This document shows positions 35,566 through 46,893 of a DNA stretch of 64,000 bases, in pieces. The notes below the pieces were generated by a model. The model did not search any database. It was not told where the DNA came from and saw nothing but the letters and a program-made list of their open reading frames with translations. The stretch spans positions 62,001 through 126,000 of the forward strand of contig OZ218959.1 in NCBI GenBank assembly GCA_965112735.1, in the 5' to 3' direction. The stretch is from Phaeosaccion multiseriatum (lineage: Eukaryota > Protista > Ochrophyta, other classes). Positions within the stretch are counted from its first letter, which is position 1; the number at the start of each line of letters is the position of its first letter. Made by a program: the position numbers and the translations under genes.

Positions 35566-37671
35566 TCACGACACCATCGCCCCCTCCTCTTGCTCCCAGA
35601 GCTCATTGCAGTCCCTTGCCCCTGTGAGGCGGAACTCAAAGTCGGTGGTGCCGGGTGTGGGCTTGACGAGCGCATAGCCGAAGCCCTTGAGGATAGCGAA
35701 GAGGCTGCTCTCCTCCTCCCGCTGCTCAGACCCTCCGTCCCCCCCTCCCTCTCCCCCTTGCATGCTCTCGGCCACGATGACGCAGGGCGCGGAGGGCGAG
35801 GAGAGGAAGGCCTGCCCGCCCCTCAGCGCTCTCGCCTCGAAGCCCTCAATGTCCATCTTCATGACCACCACCCGCTCGTCCTTGGCGATGAGCAGCGCCG
35901 CCATGGCGTCCAGTGTGGTGCTCAGCGCCTCTTCCTCGCACTGCTCTGGCTGTGACTGCTGCTGTGGCTGGTGCTGTGGCTGGTGCTGTGGCTGGTGCTG
36001 TGGCTGGTGCTGTGGCTGGTGCTCGGTTGCGCGGCTTCCCCCCGCCGGAGACACGACCCGTCCATTGCCAAAGTTGTCTGCCCCGTCTGCGTGTAGGGGC
36101 GCCATACACACCGACAGGCCCTCATCCTCGTGCGTGCTCAGAACGCGCTTCACCAGCACCAGCGGGTCATACACCAGTTGGTCGTACACGTCCCCTCTGC
36201 CCTCGGCCCCCTCACCCTCCCGGAGAAGAGCCCTGCTGGCCTCGAGCAGCTTATAGTTGCGCTTCATGGGCTCAACCGCGATGACGCGGTGGCCTTGAGC
36301 GGCGGCGGCGAGGCTGAACCACCCAATATGCGCTCTGCAACACCACAAGCAGGCAGGGGAGCAGCAGGCAGGGCGGCACTGGGGATGAGCCAAGCAGTGC
36401 ACAGAGGAGGGCAAGCACGTGTACTTGTGTTGGACCGAGACGTAGCTGAGGACAAGGAATGAGAGAGACGGAGAGGAGAGAGAAACAGAGATCGAGACAC
36501 ACACACACAGAGAGAGGGAAAGAGAGGGAGATTGAGTGTCCTCGCTGCCGGCCTACTCACCCGACGTCGATGAACAGAGGCGGCCGCCCGCTCGTCTGCC
36601 CCCACGTCGCCTTCGCCCTGTCCAGCAACTGGAGCAGGGGAAGCGTCTTCAGAGGGTCGAAGTAGCCCATCTGGAGAGGGAGGGAGGGCGACAAGGGGGC
36701 GTGAGGTCACACATGGCGATTGTTGGCGATGGCAGTCCATCTATTCCATGCTCTTACGCTTCCCTTCAGCTCCAAGACATCAGTGGTCTTCCGGGAAGAG
36801 CGCCGATTGCGGGACGAAGCCTTGGTCACGCCAACGCTTCTCCTCCCCTTCTCCTCCCCCCCCCCCCCAGTTCCTACCCCAGCACCGGCAGAGGCAACAG
36901 CCGCACCCCAAAGTGCCGGCCGATAACGAACAATGTCACTCTCATCCCATTTTTCGCCATCCCGGGTCAGCTAGGCTTGGCTCGGCCGCTACCCCCGACT
37001 GTCAGGCTGCGCATTCTTCTCACGCTGCTCCTCGCTCCACTTACCTCGTGAAGGAGTGAACTGAGGAAGGGGCAGAGCTGCGGAGGGTGCGTGTAGATGG
37101 TGAATTGTCGGTACCTTTTGGGAAGGCGGCTCGACACCTTGTGCTCCACGTCGTCTCTTTCTCGCTCCACGGCCTCAGGCCTGATGGGGCTAGTGTGGCG
37201 CCGCCGCCGTGCCTCGGCCACCACGTCGTTCACACAGCCGTGCTGCCAGGCATAGTCTGCGCGACGAGCGAGAGGAAGAGGGGGGGGGGGGGGAGGGGGG
37301 AGCCTTTAGAGGGGGGAAACAGTGCCATGGCTGAGACTTCCGCACGACGAGCGAACGGGGAGGGGCGGGTGCAAACATGAGAAGGAGGTCAAACGGGGGA
37401 GAGGAGGGGGAAGAGGGACGAGAGTTGGTCCTGTACGTGAGATCCTCCACTCACCATTGGGCTCCGCGAAGAGACAAGCCTGCACGGCCAGCTCCAACTC
37501 GTCGTCCTGCTCCTGAAAGGACACGGCAAACCACTGCTCTTCCCGGTCTGTCTTGCGAGGAAGCAGTACATCCAGGATGAACTCCTCGTGCTGCTGCTGC
37601 TCCTCCCCTCCCACATGCAGCACCAGCAGTACAGCAGCAACAGCAGCCGCAGCAGCGAGGCGCACCTTCAT
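35566..37671 (-). CDS. FkbM-family SAM-dependent methyltransferase with signal peptide/anchor, ~4 exons
   Basis: Spliced motif LFIDVG|AHIGWFSL..AAQGHRVIAVEP, plus TTLDA and VMKMDIEGFEARALRG. N-terminus MKVRLAAAAAVAAVLLVLHVGG. Confidence 0.85.
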
Positions 37672-37904
37672 CAGAGGGCCCGGCCTGTTGTGTGGGGGTG
37701 AAAGATCCAGAACCTGCCTAATCCTAATCCAATCCAACCGCCCGCATCAAGCTGAAACTGCAATTCGACGTTGACCCCCCTCCGTTCCTCCCATCGTCCT
37801 CCTCCTCCTCCTCCTCCTCTGCTTCCCTCTCAGTGTTGGACATACGGTGGACAAATAGGAGGGGTAGCGGGCAATCCGCAGTAGCGCTTGGCCTTGGTTT
37901 TACC

Positions 37905-40900
37905 ATGAAGATCTATGTGAATTTCGAGGGGATCGAGGGGGAAGATGGGCTTGGGCACTGCTACTTGTGGAAGCGCAGGTCGGGAGATGACTTCAGCGGG
38001 GTGACCTTCCAGGACGTGCTGCTGCACTTTGTGTTGAGCTTCAGGGAGAAGCATGCCGAGGCGGCTGCCCTGCTTGCAGAAACCCAAATGGGGCTACTCG
38101 ACTCTTACGGCCTGCCTTTGGATCTGGAGGGGAGTCCCTCGCAGGAGGTGAGGGCTCACCGAAGTATGGAGCGGATGGAGCATGAGGCGTGTGCCCTCCT
38201 GCTTGTGTGAGAGACCACTTCCTCCTGCTCATCGCTCGCCCCTCTTTTGCCTCCCCTTGTGCGCCTGGAAGCAGGACGATGGGTGCGATCTGACCGTGGC
38301 GCTGAGGAAGGGCGGGCGCGGCAAGGGCAAAGCGCGGCACTGGAAAAGAGTCGCAGACCTCACCGCTGCTTCGTCTCTCCGCAGAGGCAGTCAGGCTTCA
38401 GCAGCAGCTACTGCTGCTACCGCTGCCGCTGTTGGCAGTGGCCCTGCTCCTGTTGCCACCGTTCCCGCGGGGGAGGTGGTGCCGGCCCTCAAGAGGGCAG
38501 CCGTGCTGGCCAAGGACAAGCACTTCCAGAGGGCGCGACAGCTGTGGCGGGGAGTGTTGAGGGTAGAGCCCACCAACAAGACGGCGCTCCGGGGCCTGGC
38601 AAGCCTCAGCTTCGCCAACGAGCGGTGGGACGAGGCCGTCGACTACCTGCAGCGCCTGGGGGCCGACAAAAGGGACGCCAAGGGCGAGGACCTGCTGCTG
38701 CTGGGCAGGTGTCTGCTCAAGCAGGACGAGCCGGAGGAGGCGCAGCTGGTGCTCAGCAAGGCGCTTCCCAAGGCGGGCGGGAGGCTGAAGGACGACGTGG
38801 AGGTTGCGCTGGGCTGGTGCGCCATGGGCCTTAACGACGCCGCCACGGCCAACACGCTCTTCCACACCGTGGCCACACGCACCAATGAGGCGCATGTGGG
38901 GGCGCTGGTGGGGTACTCGTCGCTCGCCGTGCTCGTGAATCAGCCGGGCTCGGCCATCAGCCCGCTGCTCAAGGCCATGGTCATCGACCAGAAGGACAAG
39001 GAGACCGGCAGGCTGCTCGCAAAGGTCAGGGGAGGGGCTGCTGACTAGTCTGCCTTGTTGTCTTCTCCCGGGGGGGGCCTTGGCGGGCTGTTTGTTTTAC
39101 CCAACGCCGCCTTGCCTTGAGCCTCTCTCCCCTCCCTCCCTCCCTCCTGTCCCGCCAGGTGCTGAGCTCCGAAGGCGGGCTGACTCTCCTCAAGGAGCAG
39201 CTGCCGAAGGAGGCCACGAACGCGCAGGTATACGGCTTCCTGGCAACGACTGTGAAGGACCACGGCGCCATCGACGCCTCCGTGCAGCTGCTGGAGCAGG
39301 CCCTTCGTATGGCCCCTCTCAGTGCGTCCTACGCCCTCAACCTTGTGCACGCGCACGAGCTCTGCCACGCCTACCCCAAGGCCCTCAAGGCGGGCAAGGC
39401 CTTCCTGGCGGCCAACAGGGGACTCAAGGTGGGCCGCAGCAGCAAAGCACTGAGGATGGAGCTTGTGCTGCACGTGCTGGACAAGATCACGGACCCGGCC
39501 GTGGCGGTGCCGGCGGAGGCGCAGTACCGGGTGCGGTGGGTGGAGGAGGAGGGGCAGGGCATGGAATGGAGGGCGCCGCAGGAGGGGGAAGCAAGGGACG
39601 AGGAGCTGGCCAGAAGCTACGCCAAGGTGGTCAAGTGGGAGGAGGGAGACTCGGAGGAGGCGTGGGCAGCGGCGGAGGTGGACAAGCGCTCCGAGCAAGG
39701 CGTGGAGGAGTACGACGCTCAGGCGCTCGACCTCTTGGCGCTGTGCTTTACGTGCGTCAAGATCCTGTATCTCCGGGGGGCCCTCGCCGTGCTGCCTTCT
39801 CTCATCCGCCTCATCGAACCCGCCCGCCTCCGCTCCAAGGTGAGGGGGGGGGGAGAGGGGAGAAGGGAGAAGGGGATCACTGCGGTGTAAGGGGTGAGGA
39901 GTGAGTGGTGACGGGTGGGTGAGGAGTGAGTGGTGTCGGGTGGGTGAGGAGTGAGTGGTGACGGGTGGGTGAGGAGTGAGTGGTGACGGGTGGGTGAGGA
40001 GTGAGTGGTGTCGGGTGGGTGAGGAGTGAGTGGTGACGGGTGGGTGAGGAGTGAGTGGTGACGGGTGGGTGAGGAGTGAGTGGTGACGGGTGGGTGAGGA
40101 GTGAGTGGTGTCGGGTGGGTGAGTGGGGGGTGGCACCACTCGTGGGCAGGGGGTGGCCGTTCTTTGCAGCAGCTTTCTTTGCAACCACGTCATCGCGAGG
40201 TGCTTCTTGCCCATACGCCTCCTGCTGTCCATATATTCGCCTACCTTCCTGCCCATATGCCTGCTGTCTATATACTCGCCTACCTTCCTGCCCATATGCC
40301 TGCTGTCTATATACTCGCCTACCTTCCTGCCCATATGCCTGCTGTCTATATACTCGCCTACCTTCCTGCCCATATGCCTGCTGTCTATATACTCGCCTAC
40401 CTTCCTGCCCATATGCCTGCTGTCTATATACTCGCCTACCTTCCTGCCCATATGCCTGCTGTCTATACACTCGCCTACCTTCCTGCCCATATGCCTGCTG
40501 TCCATATACTCGCCTACCGTCCTGCCCACATGCTTGCCTGTCTGCCTGCCTACTGCCTGCCCATATGCTTGCCTGCCTGCCACTCTGCTACCGCTCCATT
40601 GCGGCCCGGCCGTGACCCTCTGCTCCTCTGCCCCCCTCCCTCTCCCCTCCCTCTCCAGGTGCCTCTGCACAAGACCACGATCCGCAACGAACAGGCCTAC
40701 TACACCTGTGTGGCGCAGCTTCTCTCCATCAGAATGGAGGGAGCCTCCGACAACCCCTCCGACCACCCCTCCGATGAGCCCTCCGATGAGCCCCAGCAGG
40801 TGGGGCGGACGCTGCTTCCTCTCGAGCCACAGGGGAACAGTGGCGCTTCGCCCATCTACGTGTGCGGGGACAGCCACACCTTGCCGGCGGTGTGGCAGAG

Positions 40901-41597
40901 CGTGAGCGTCAAGGGGCAGCAGCGCCTGCTGTACCCCGCGCTGGTGACGGGCCTCAAGCACTGGCACCTGAGGCCCGAGTCCTCCTTCTACCCCAAGGCC
41001 AACTTCTTCAGGACGGTGGCGAGCTTCCCGGTGGGGGCCACAGTGATGTTCATGTTCGGAGAGATCGACTGCCGCGAGGGCATCCTGCTCGCCGTGGACA
41101 GGTGCAGGTCAGTGTGGCGTTTCAGTGTCAAGTTACGGACCCATGAGCGCTTCGGAGTCCGTTTTTCCTCTGGTGTCGAGCCGAAGCGAGTCTAAGGAGG
41201 ATATGATATGAACTGAACCCCTTCTGCCTTGCCTTTTGCCGCCCCGAGCAGGTACGAGAGCGTGGAGGAGGGCATGCGTGCCACCGTCCGAATCTTCATC
41301 GAGGTGGCCAAGGACCTCGTCAAGACAAAGAAGCTCACGTGCTTTGTGCATCCCGTGGCGCCCGTGCTGGACGAGACAAGGCCCCTAGTTCGCGCCTACA
41401 ACGCCATTCTCGAGGAGGAAGTGCGGGCCACCAAGGGCCTGCGCTGGCTGGACCTGTTCGACGACCTGCTGCTGCTCACAGATGGCGGGGGCGGGGCTGT
41501 GAAGGCTGCTCTGCGTCCCGGCCTTGCGCTGGATGGTGCGCACTTGCACCCCCGCTACGTCAAGTACCTCGTCCAGGCGCTCAACAAGGCCGCTTAA
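37905..41597 (+). CDS. TPR-repeat protein with C-terminal SGNH/GDSL-hydrolase-like domain, multi-exon
   Basis: TPR-like helices (LRVEPTNKTALRGLASLSFANERWDEAVDYL; LEQALRMAPLSASYALNL). SGNH blocks IYVCGDSH, FMFGEIDCR and LDGAHLHP. Confidence 0.8.
39893..40570. repeat. Two adjacent intronic minisatellites (~25 bp unit x9; 39 bp unit x8)
   Basis: GGTGAGGAGTGAGTGGTGACGGGTG array at 39893-40125 and CCTGCCCATATGCCTGCTGTCTATATACTCGCCTACCTT array at 40205-40570. Confidence 0.92.
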
Positions 41598-42512
41598 TTG
41601 TTTGTATGACCTAATCATCTACCTCCTCGTCTACCTTTTCGTCTTTCGGTAAGGGCCTGGCAAGGGAGGTCGGGCCCGAGAGCATGCCACTTGGCAGGCG
41701 GCATGCGCAGCTAGCAGGAAGGTGGCAATGTACAGGAAGTGCGCTCCCGCCAAAGCCACAGATGGTCCCCACCTCTTTGCTCTTTTCGGCGTACAATTAA
41801 TCACGTGCAACCACTGGTGCAACACCATCGGTGCAACACCATTGGTGCAGCCACTCGTGCGACCAACGCTGCTGTGATACGCCCTCGCTGCGAGGGTGTG
41901 AGAGGGAGTATCGCCTATTAAGCTTCGCTCCCTCGCCCTTGCGAGCACGCAAAGTGGGAGTGATGTGCGCTCCATCCGCCTCTTCTTCTCTTCTTCTCTT
42001 GGCCAATGCCCTCTCGACTGACTCCTATAAGTCAATAAATATAGCCGGGGTCGAATACAACTCGTCAGACCACCGCCCAGCCACACAAGGCCCACACAAG
42101 CTGCCAATCGTGCCTCTGCCTCTCCGGCTCTCCGATTTGACTCGCTAGCCTGTCGTCTGCCTTGCTTGATGTCCTCACGATTTGACTCGCTAGCCTGTAG
42201 CCTGCCTTGCTTGATGCCCTCACGAAGGGGGGCTGCTGACCGAAGGGGGGGTGCTGACCTCTGAGACTGCGACATCGCCCAAGTATAAGCTGCCTGCACC
42301 ACATACTGTACCTACTTTGTACTTACGCGCAAAAGATGGCTCGTTCGAAGTGTTCCCTCCCTCCTCTTGGGCGAAGGGGGTCCCCCGCCCCGCTCTCTGT
42401 GTGTGCCTCCTGTGCTGGCCTGGCCTTGGCCCAGGCAATACACCCCCCTTGCGGCCGCCACTCCGTCTCAGCAGCTTCAGTCCCTCCCTCCTTCCACGCT
42501 CACGCTAAGCGC

Positions 42513-44645
42513 TCATTTGGGTGCACCTGGTGTGGAGGCCTTCTCCTCCTCCAGCGCGGCCAAGCCCTCCCTGCCGTGTGCTGCTGCATCGAGAAGACGC
42601 TCCAGCACCATCGTCGCCCTCTCGTCCACGCCTGCCACACTGCGCAAAGCACTCTTGACCCCCTCCAATGGGAGTGTGTCGCCTGCGTCGCTGTGGCACC
42701 TCTTCAGCATCTCCAACCCAACCCTGTCGACCATTTCGTACTGCCTCTCCTTAGCACACGAACGCAATATCATGCAGAGACAGGGCAGATCCGGCGTGTG
42801 GCCACCCTCTTTCATCTCCCGCAATGTCCCCAGTGCCTCCACGTGTTGGCCAGCCTTGGCGAATGCAGCAATGGCAAGGTTGTAGGTCCATACATCTGGA
42901 GCGGGTCCTTCTGCCTTCATCTCTCTCAACAAATCCAACGCCTCCACGTGTCGACCGGCCTTGGCGCATGTGTTCATAGCAGCGTTGTAGCTCCTTACAT
43001 TCGGAGTGGGTCCATCTTCCTTCATCTCTCTCAACAAATCCAACGCCTCCACGTGTTGACCAGCCTTGGCGCATGCATGAATGACGGCGGTGTAGCTCCT
43101 TACATCCGGAGTGGGTCCATCTTCCTTCATCTCTCCCAATAGTTCCAACGCCTCCCTGTGCTGACCAGCCTTGGCACATGCGTCAATAGCGGCGGTGTAG
43201 CTCCTTCTATTCGGAACGGGCCCTTCTTCCTCTTCCTTCATCTCCCGCAACAGCCTTAACGCCTGCACGGATCGACCCACATTAGCGCATGCGGCAATGG
43301 CGGCGGTGTAGCTCCCTACATTCGGCGCGGGTCCTTGAGCCTTCATCTCCCCAAAGAGTTCCAGTGCCCTCACGTGTTGACCGGCGTTGGCGTATGTAGA
43401 AATAACGGAGTTGTAGTGGCTTACACCCGGAGTGGGGCCTTCTGTCTTCATTTCCCGCAATAACCCCAACGCCTCCTTGTACCTCTTGGCCTTGCGGCAT
43501 GCATACATTGCGGTGGTGAAGGTGGTGGCCTTGGGAGCGGGCCCGTGCTCCTTCATATACCTCAGCAACTTCAGAGGTTTGTCGTACTCCCCGCTCTTGA
43601 TGCAGGCACCCATCACCGTGTTGTAGTGAAATGCCTCGGGTCTCACGCCGTTCTCTTCCATGCCCCTCAGCAGCTCCAAAGCTCTATCCGATCTCTTTGA
43701 CGCGGCACAGAGACGCAAGACCGCAGAGTACAGGTACGAATCCAGGACCACGTCTCCTGCCAACACATGGTCCCACAAATCCCATGCCCCGTCCAACCAT
43801 CCCGCCCGGTTGCACACCTCGATGGCGGCTGCGAAGTTGCCGGCATGGGCCTCAAAGCCGTACTCGGACGCTCTTTCCAGCAGCTGCAGCGCTTCTTTAG
43901 GCTGACCAGCTCTGCCCAAAGCGGCGATGGCAGCGCTCAAATTGCGATGGTCGGGCGGAACCCCCTGTGCTTGCATGTCCTTCAGAAGCTGCTGTGCCTT
44001 GTCTGCCCTCCCCCCGAAGCCACATGCCACAATAGCAGCAGAGTACGTCCTCGCGTCGGGCTGCAGCCCCACTACCGGCATCTCCTCAAGGAGACCCATA
44101 GCTTCATCGTATCTGCCAGCCCGACCGCATGCGTGTATGGCGGCGCCGTATTGGACAACGCTTGGCATGAACGCTCCGTGTTTCTGCATCTTAATGTCAT
44201 TCAGCAGGGAAAGCGTCTCCTCCCATCGGCCCAAGTCGCTGAATGCCTGCATGACTGCGTGGAGAAGAGGCGCGTCAGTGGGGAGTGGAGATTGCACCGC
44301 TGCCTCCCACTCGCTGTACACTGTCTCCCAGTCTTTGGCCTCACGCGCGGCCTCCAAACGCTCCATCGTCGCGAGCCACAGCGAGGGACCTGGGGAGGCA
44401 TCGTCAGCAGCGGCCGTACAAGGAGAGGGAGCACTCGTTGAGAAACAAACCCTATCACCGGCACTACTCTTCACGAGAGATCCACCCCACAAAGGCGTGG
44501 CGTGGAAGGCTGCCAGATACGCTTGAGTGACAGCACAGGCAGGGGCTGGGGCGGGGCCAGAGGCGGTAGACGGAGCATCTCGTCCACTTATCCTACTGAA
44601 CCTGCACTTCCCGCGGCCGCCGCTACATACTCTCCGCATTGCCAT
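42513..44645 (-). CDS. P-class pentatricopeptide repeat (PPR) protein, intronless, ~14 repeats, possibly mitochondrial
   Basis: 35 aa repeats, e.g. VRSYTAVIHACAKAGQHVEALDLLREMKEDGPTPN. The N-terminus is R/S-rich and poor in acidic residues. Confidence 0.95.
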   Translation of the reverse strand: MAMRRVCSGGRGKCRFSRISGRDAPSTASGPAPAPACAVTQAYLAAFHATPLWGGSLVKSSAGDRVCFSTSAPSPCTAAADDASPGPSLWLATMERLEAAREAKDWETVYSEWEAAVQSPLPTDAPLLHAVMQAFSDLGRWEETLSLLNDIKMQKHGAFMPSVVQYGAAIHACGRAGRYDEAMGLLEEMPVVGLQPDARTYSAAIVACGFGGRADKAQQLLKDMQAQGVPPDHRNLSAAIAALGRAGQPKEALQLLERASEYGFEAHAGNFAAAIEVCNRAGWLDGAWDLWDHVLAGDVVLDSYLYSAVLRLCAASKRSDRALELLRGMEENGVRPEAFHYNTVMGACIKSGEYDKPLKLLRYMKEHGPAPKATTFTTAMYACRKAKRYKEALGLLREMKTEGPTPGVSHYNSVISTYANAGQHVRALELFGEMKAQGPAPNVGSYTAAIAACANVGRSVQALRLLREMKEEEEGPVPNRRSYTAAIDACAKAGQHREALELLGEMKEDGPTPDVRSYTAVIHACAKAGQHVEALDLLREMKEDGPTPNVRSYNAAMNTCAKAGRHVEALDLLREMKAEGPAPDVWTYNLAIAAFAKAGQHVEALGTLREMKEGGHTPDLPCLCMILRSCAKERQYEMVDRVGLEMLKRCHSDAGDTLPLEGVKSALRSVAGVDERATMVLERLLDAAAHGREGLAALEEEKASTPGAPK

Positions 44646-45078
44646 CTATGGGCTCCCCGGAGGTGTGCTCGCCAGCTGCAAATTGAATTACAACCAGTGA
44701 GGGTATCGCTCCCCGGTGGTCTCCTTCGTTGGAGACGACCAAGTGGCAAAAAAAACCCCGAAGACAACCCACCCAGCTCGGGAATCGACGACTGGCCAAA
44801 GCTTTTGGTCGCGCTCTTGTCTGAGCTCTTAAATGTCCTCATAAAAAAACGAAATATGCCCCTCTTCAACCAACTGAATGTCAGTATCTCCATCCTTTTC
44901 GGCTGCCGCTACTGGTGAGAACAAGGTGGGTGTGGTGGTAGCAAAGCTGGAAAGTAGACATCTGTTAAGCAGACAGGCCTGGGTTTAATTCGGTTCGTCC
45001 CTTTCTGCTCGTTTCGTTCCTCACCGCCTCTCCCCGCTCCGCTCCCTGTCCTGTCACTTACTCAGACAAGCGGGAGTG

Positions 45079-46893
45079 ATGGAATACGCCGCCGGCGGCG
45101 ATGGCCGGGACCTCACTACTGTGGATGACGATACTGCGGAGGGGGCTGGCTACCTGGAGGTGCTGTCGACACTGGCCTATGGACAGGGGGAGCGGGGCCA
45201 GGCGGCGGCGAGACGCCGGCGAAGGTCGAAGGCCCTGTGCTCCCTGTCTAGAAGCGCTCCAGCAGCTCTGGAGGGCTCCATGTTCATTTTACAAAGCCTC
45301 ACTAGCAGTCACGAGGGCCAAGAGGCGTCCCCGTCGGAGGGGGCGCAAAGCGGGGCTCACGCCAGGGCAAGGTTTACCAGGAGGCGGGGCCGCCCCGCCC
45401 CACAATGCAGGGGGGGCAGCAGCAGGGGGGACAGCAGCAGGGGGGGCAGCAGCAGGGGGCGCAGCAGCAGCTCCCACATGGCGAGGCTCGGGCCGCTCGT
45501 CATGCTGCACGAAGCTCACGAAGCTGTGCACCACGACAGAGAGGGGGCGGCAGCGGCAGCAGCGGCGGTGGCGGCGAAGGAGGCAGCAGCAGCGGGACAG
45601 CGGTGGCGCTGGCCGAGCCTGCCCCTCCACTGGGGGGGGGGAGAGCTGTCACAAGAGATGCGGGGGGGGCGTGTGGACGGGCGAGGCGGAGGAGAAGGGT
45701 GCGTGTGGGGAGGGGAGGGGCCGCAGGGCGGAGGCGAGGACGGAGCCGAGTCCTGCAGCACCGCCAGCCTCAGCAGCTCCGGCAGCATCAGCAGCTGCGA
45801 CTACAGCGATGGCTGCTATGAGGAGGGCCACGTCTCGGACACGGACGATGACTACGATCGTTATCACCCTCATCCGACGCTTGAGAGAGAGGAAGACGGA
45901 GGAGGCACAGGCACAGGCACAGGCCCTGCGTGTTGGGGCGGGGCCTGGTGCAACAGCGGGGCAGCAGCAGGCGCTAGGAAGGACCAAGGGGCAGGGCTCG
46001 GCGCGACGGCGGCCGGCCTTTGCTCGAGGCTCTTCCTCAATGTTTACACTCTCGTTGCGCTCGTGTGGCTCGCCGCCGCGCTGGTGGTGCTCAACGAGCG
46101 ACACACCGCCACCACCGCTGTGTCTGTGTCGGATGTGCCAGTGGGGTCCGCCTCTCCTGTGGCTTCACTTGGCCACCGAGAGCATGGGCACTCAGCCACA
46201 GAAAGGCGGGCAAGGACGGCGCGTATAGCCGCCCATAGCGAAGCAGTAGGTTGGCCCGAACGGGGCGAGAGTCGCGCACAGGAAGGGGCGGGGGGGGGGG
46301 AGGCCCTGTGCTGCTCAGACGGCACCCACGGCCCCAACTGTTCCTACGGGGAGGAGGGAGGGCAAGGCAGGCAGTGGCTCCCCACATGGCGGCAGGAGCA
46401 GGAGGAGCAGCAGTTGCTGGTACAGCAGCGGTGGGCAGGTGGGGGAGGGGAGAGTCAGCACAGTCAGCACCTGCCCAGGAAGCGGCAAGCACAGGCGATA
46501 CTGCCCGAGGAAGGGCAGGGGCGGCCGCTCATGACTGTTCCGGCGGCGGGCACTGAGCAGGAGAGGGGGGGTGGGCTGAGTGAGGTGTTGACGCAGGCGG
46601 CAGAGGCGGCAACGAGAGAGGGGGCTTTGAGTGAGTTTTTGACGCAGGCGGCAGCGCGAGTGGCGGTGCGCTCTGTCCGCGCCGCGTTTGGTGCGTTGAA
46701 GGGCGTGTTGGCCGCCCTGGCGCCGTATCACCAACTGAGGCGGGAGGGGGAGGGGGGGACAAGCAGAGACGGAGAAAGCGGCGGTGGGGGCGCAGCTGTC
46801 GTCCCCGACAGCGAAGGAGGAAGAGGCGGCTTATGGACTTGGCTTTTGGCTCCCCTCTATACGGAGCCCGGCCTGGCCGCCATGTATGCATAG
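45079..46893 (+). CDS. Hypothetical protein with one predicted transmembrane helix (intronless)
   Basis: ~604 aa ORF. Hydrophobic segment LFLNVYTLVALVWLAAALVVL; otherwise low complexity. Confidence 0.6.
   Translation: MEYAAGGDGRDLTTVDDDTAEGAGYLEVLSTLAYGQGERGQAAARRRRRSKALCSLSRSAPAALEGSMFILQSLTSSHEGQEASPSEGAQSGAHARARFTRRRGRPAPQCRGGSSRGDSSRGGSSRGRSSSSHMARLGPLVMLHEAHEAVHHDREGAAAAAAAVAAKEAAAAGQRWRWPSLPLHWGGGELSQEMRGGRVDGRGGGEGCVWGGEGPQGGGEDGAESCSTASLSSSGSISSCDYSDGCYEEGHVSDTDDDYDRYHPHPTLEREEDGGGTGTGTGPACWGGAWCNSGAAAGARKDQGAGLGATAAGLCSRLFLNVYTLVALVWLAAALVVLNERHTATTAVSVSDVPVGSASPVASLGHREHGHSATERRARTARIAAHSEAVGWPERGESRAQEGAGGGEALCCSDGTHGPNCSYGEEGGQGRQWLPTWRQEQEEQQLLVQQRWAGGGGESQHSQHLPRKRQAQAILPEEGQGRPLMTVPAAGTEQERGGGLSEVLTQAAEAATREGALSEFLTQAAARVAVRSVRAAFGALKGVLAALAPYHQLRREGEGGTSRDGESGGGGAAVVPDSEGGRGGLWTWLLAPLYTEPGLAAMYA

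Noticed and set aside
40205-40570. CRISPR-like appearance of 34-45 bp repeats (also at 3770, 27880 and 62232)
   Set aside because: Units are head-to-tail with no unique spacers, there are no cas genes, and the context is eukaryotic introns.
39045-40967. 640 aa minus-strand ORF with 13 aa repeats
   Set aside because: Antisense to the TPR-SGNH exons and passes through intronic minisatellites.
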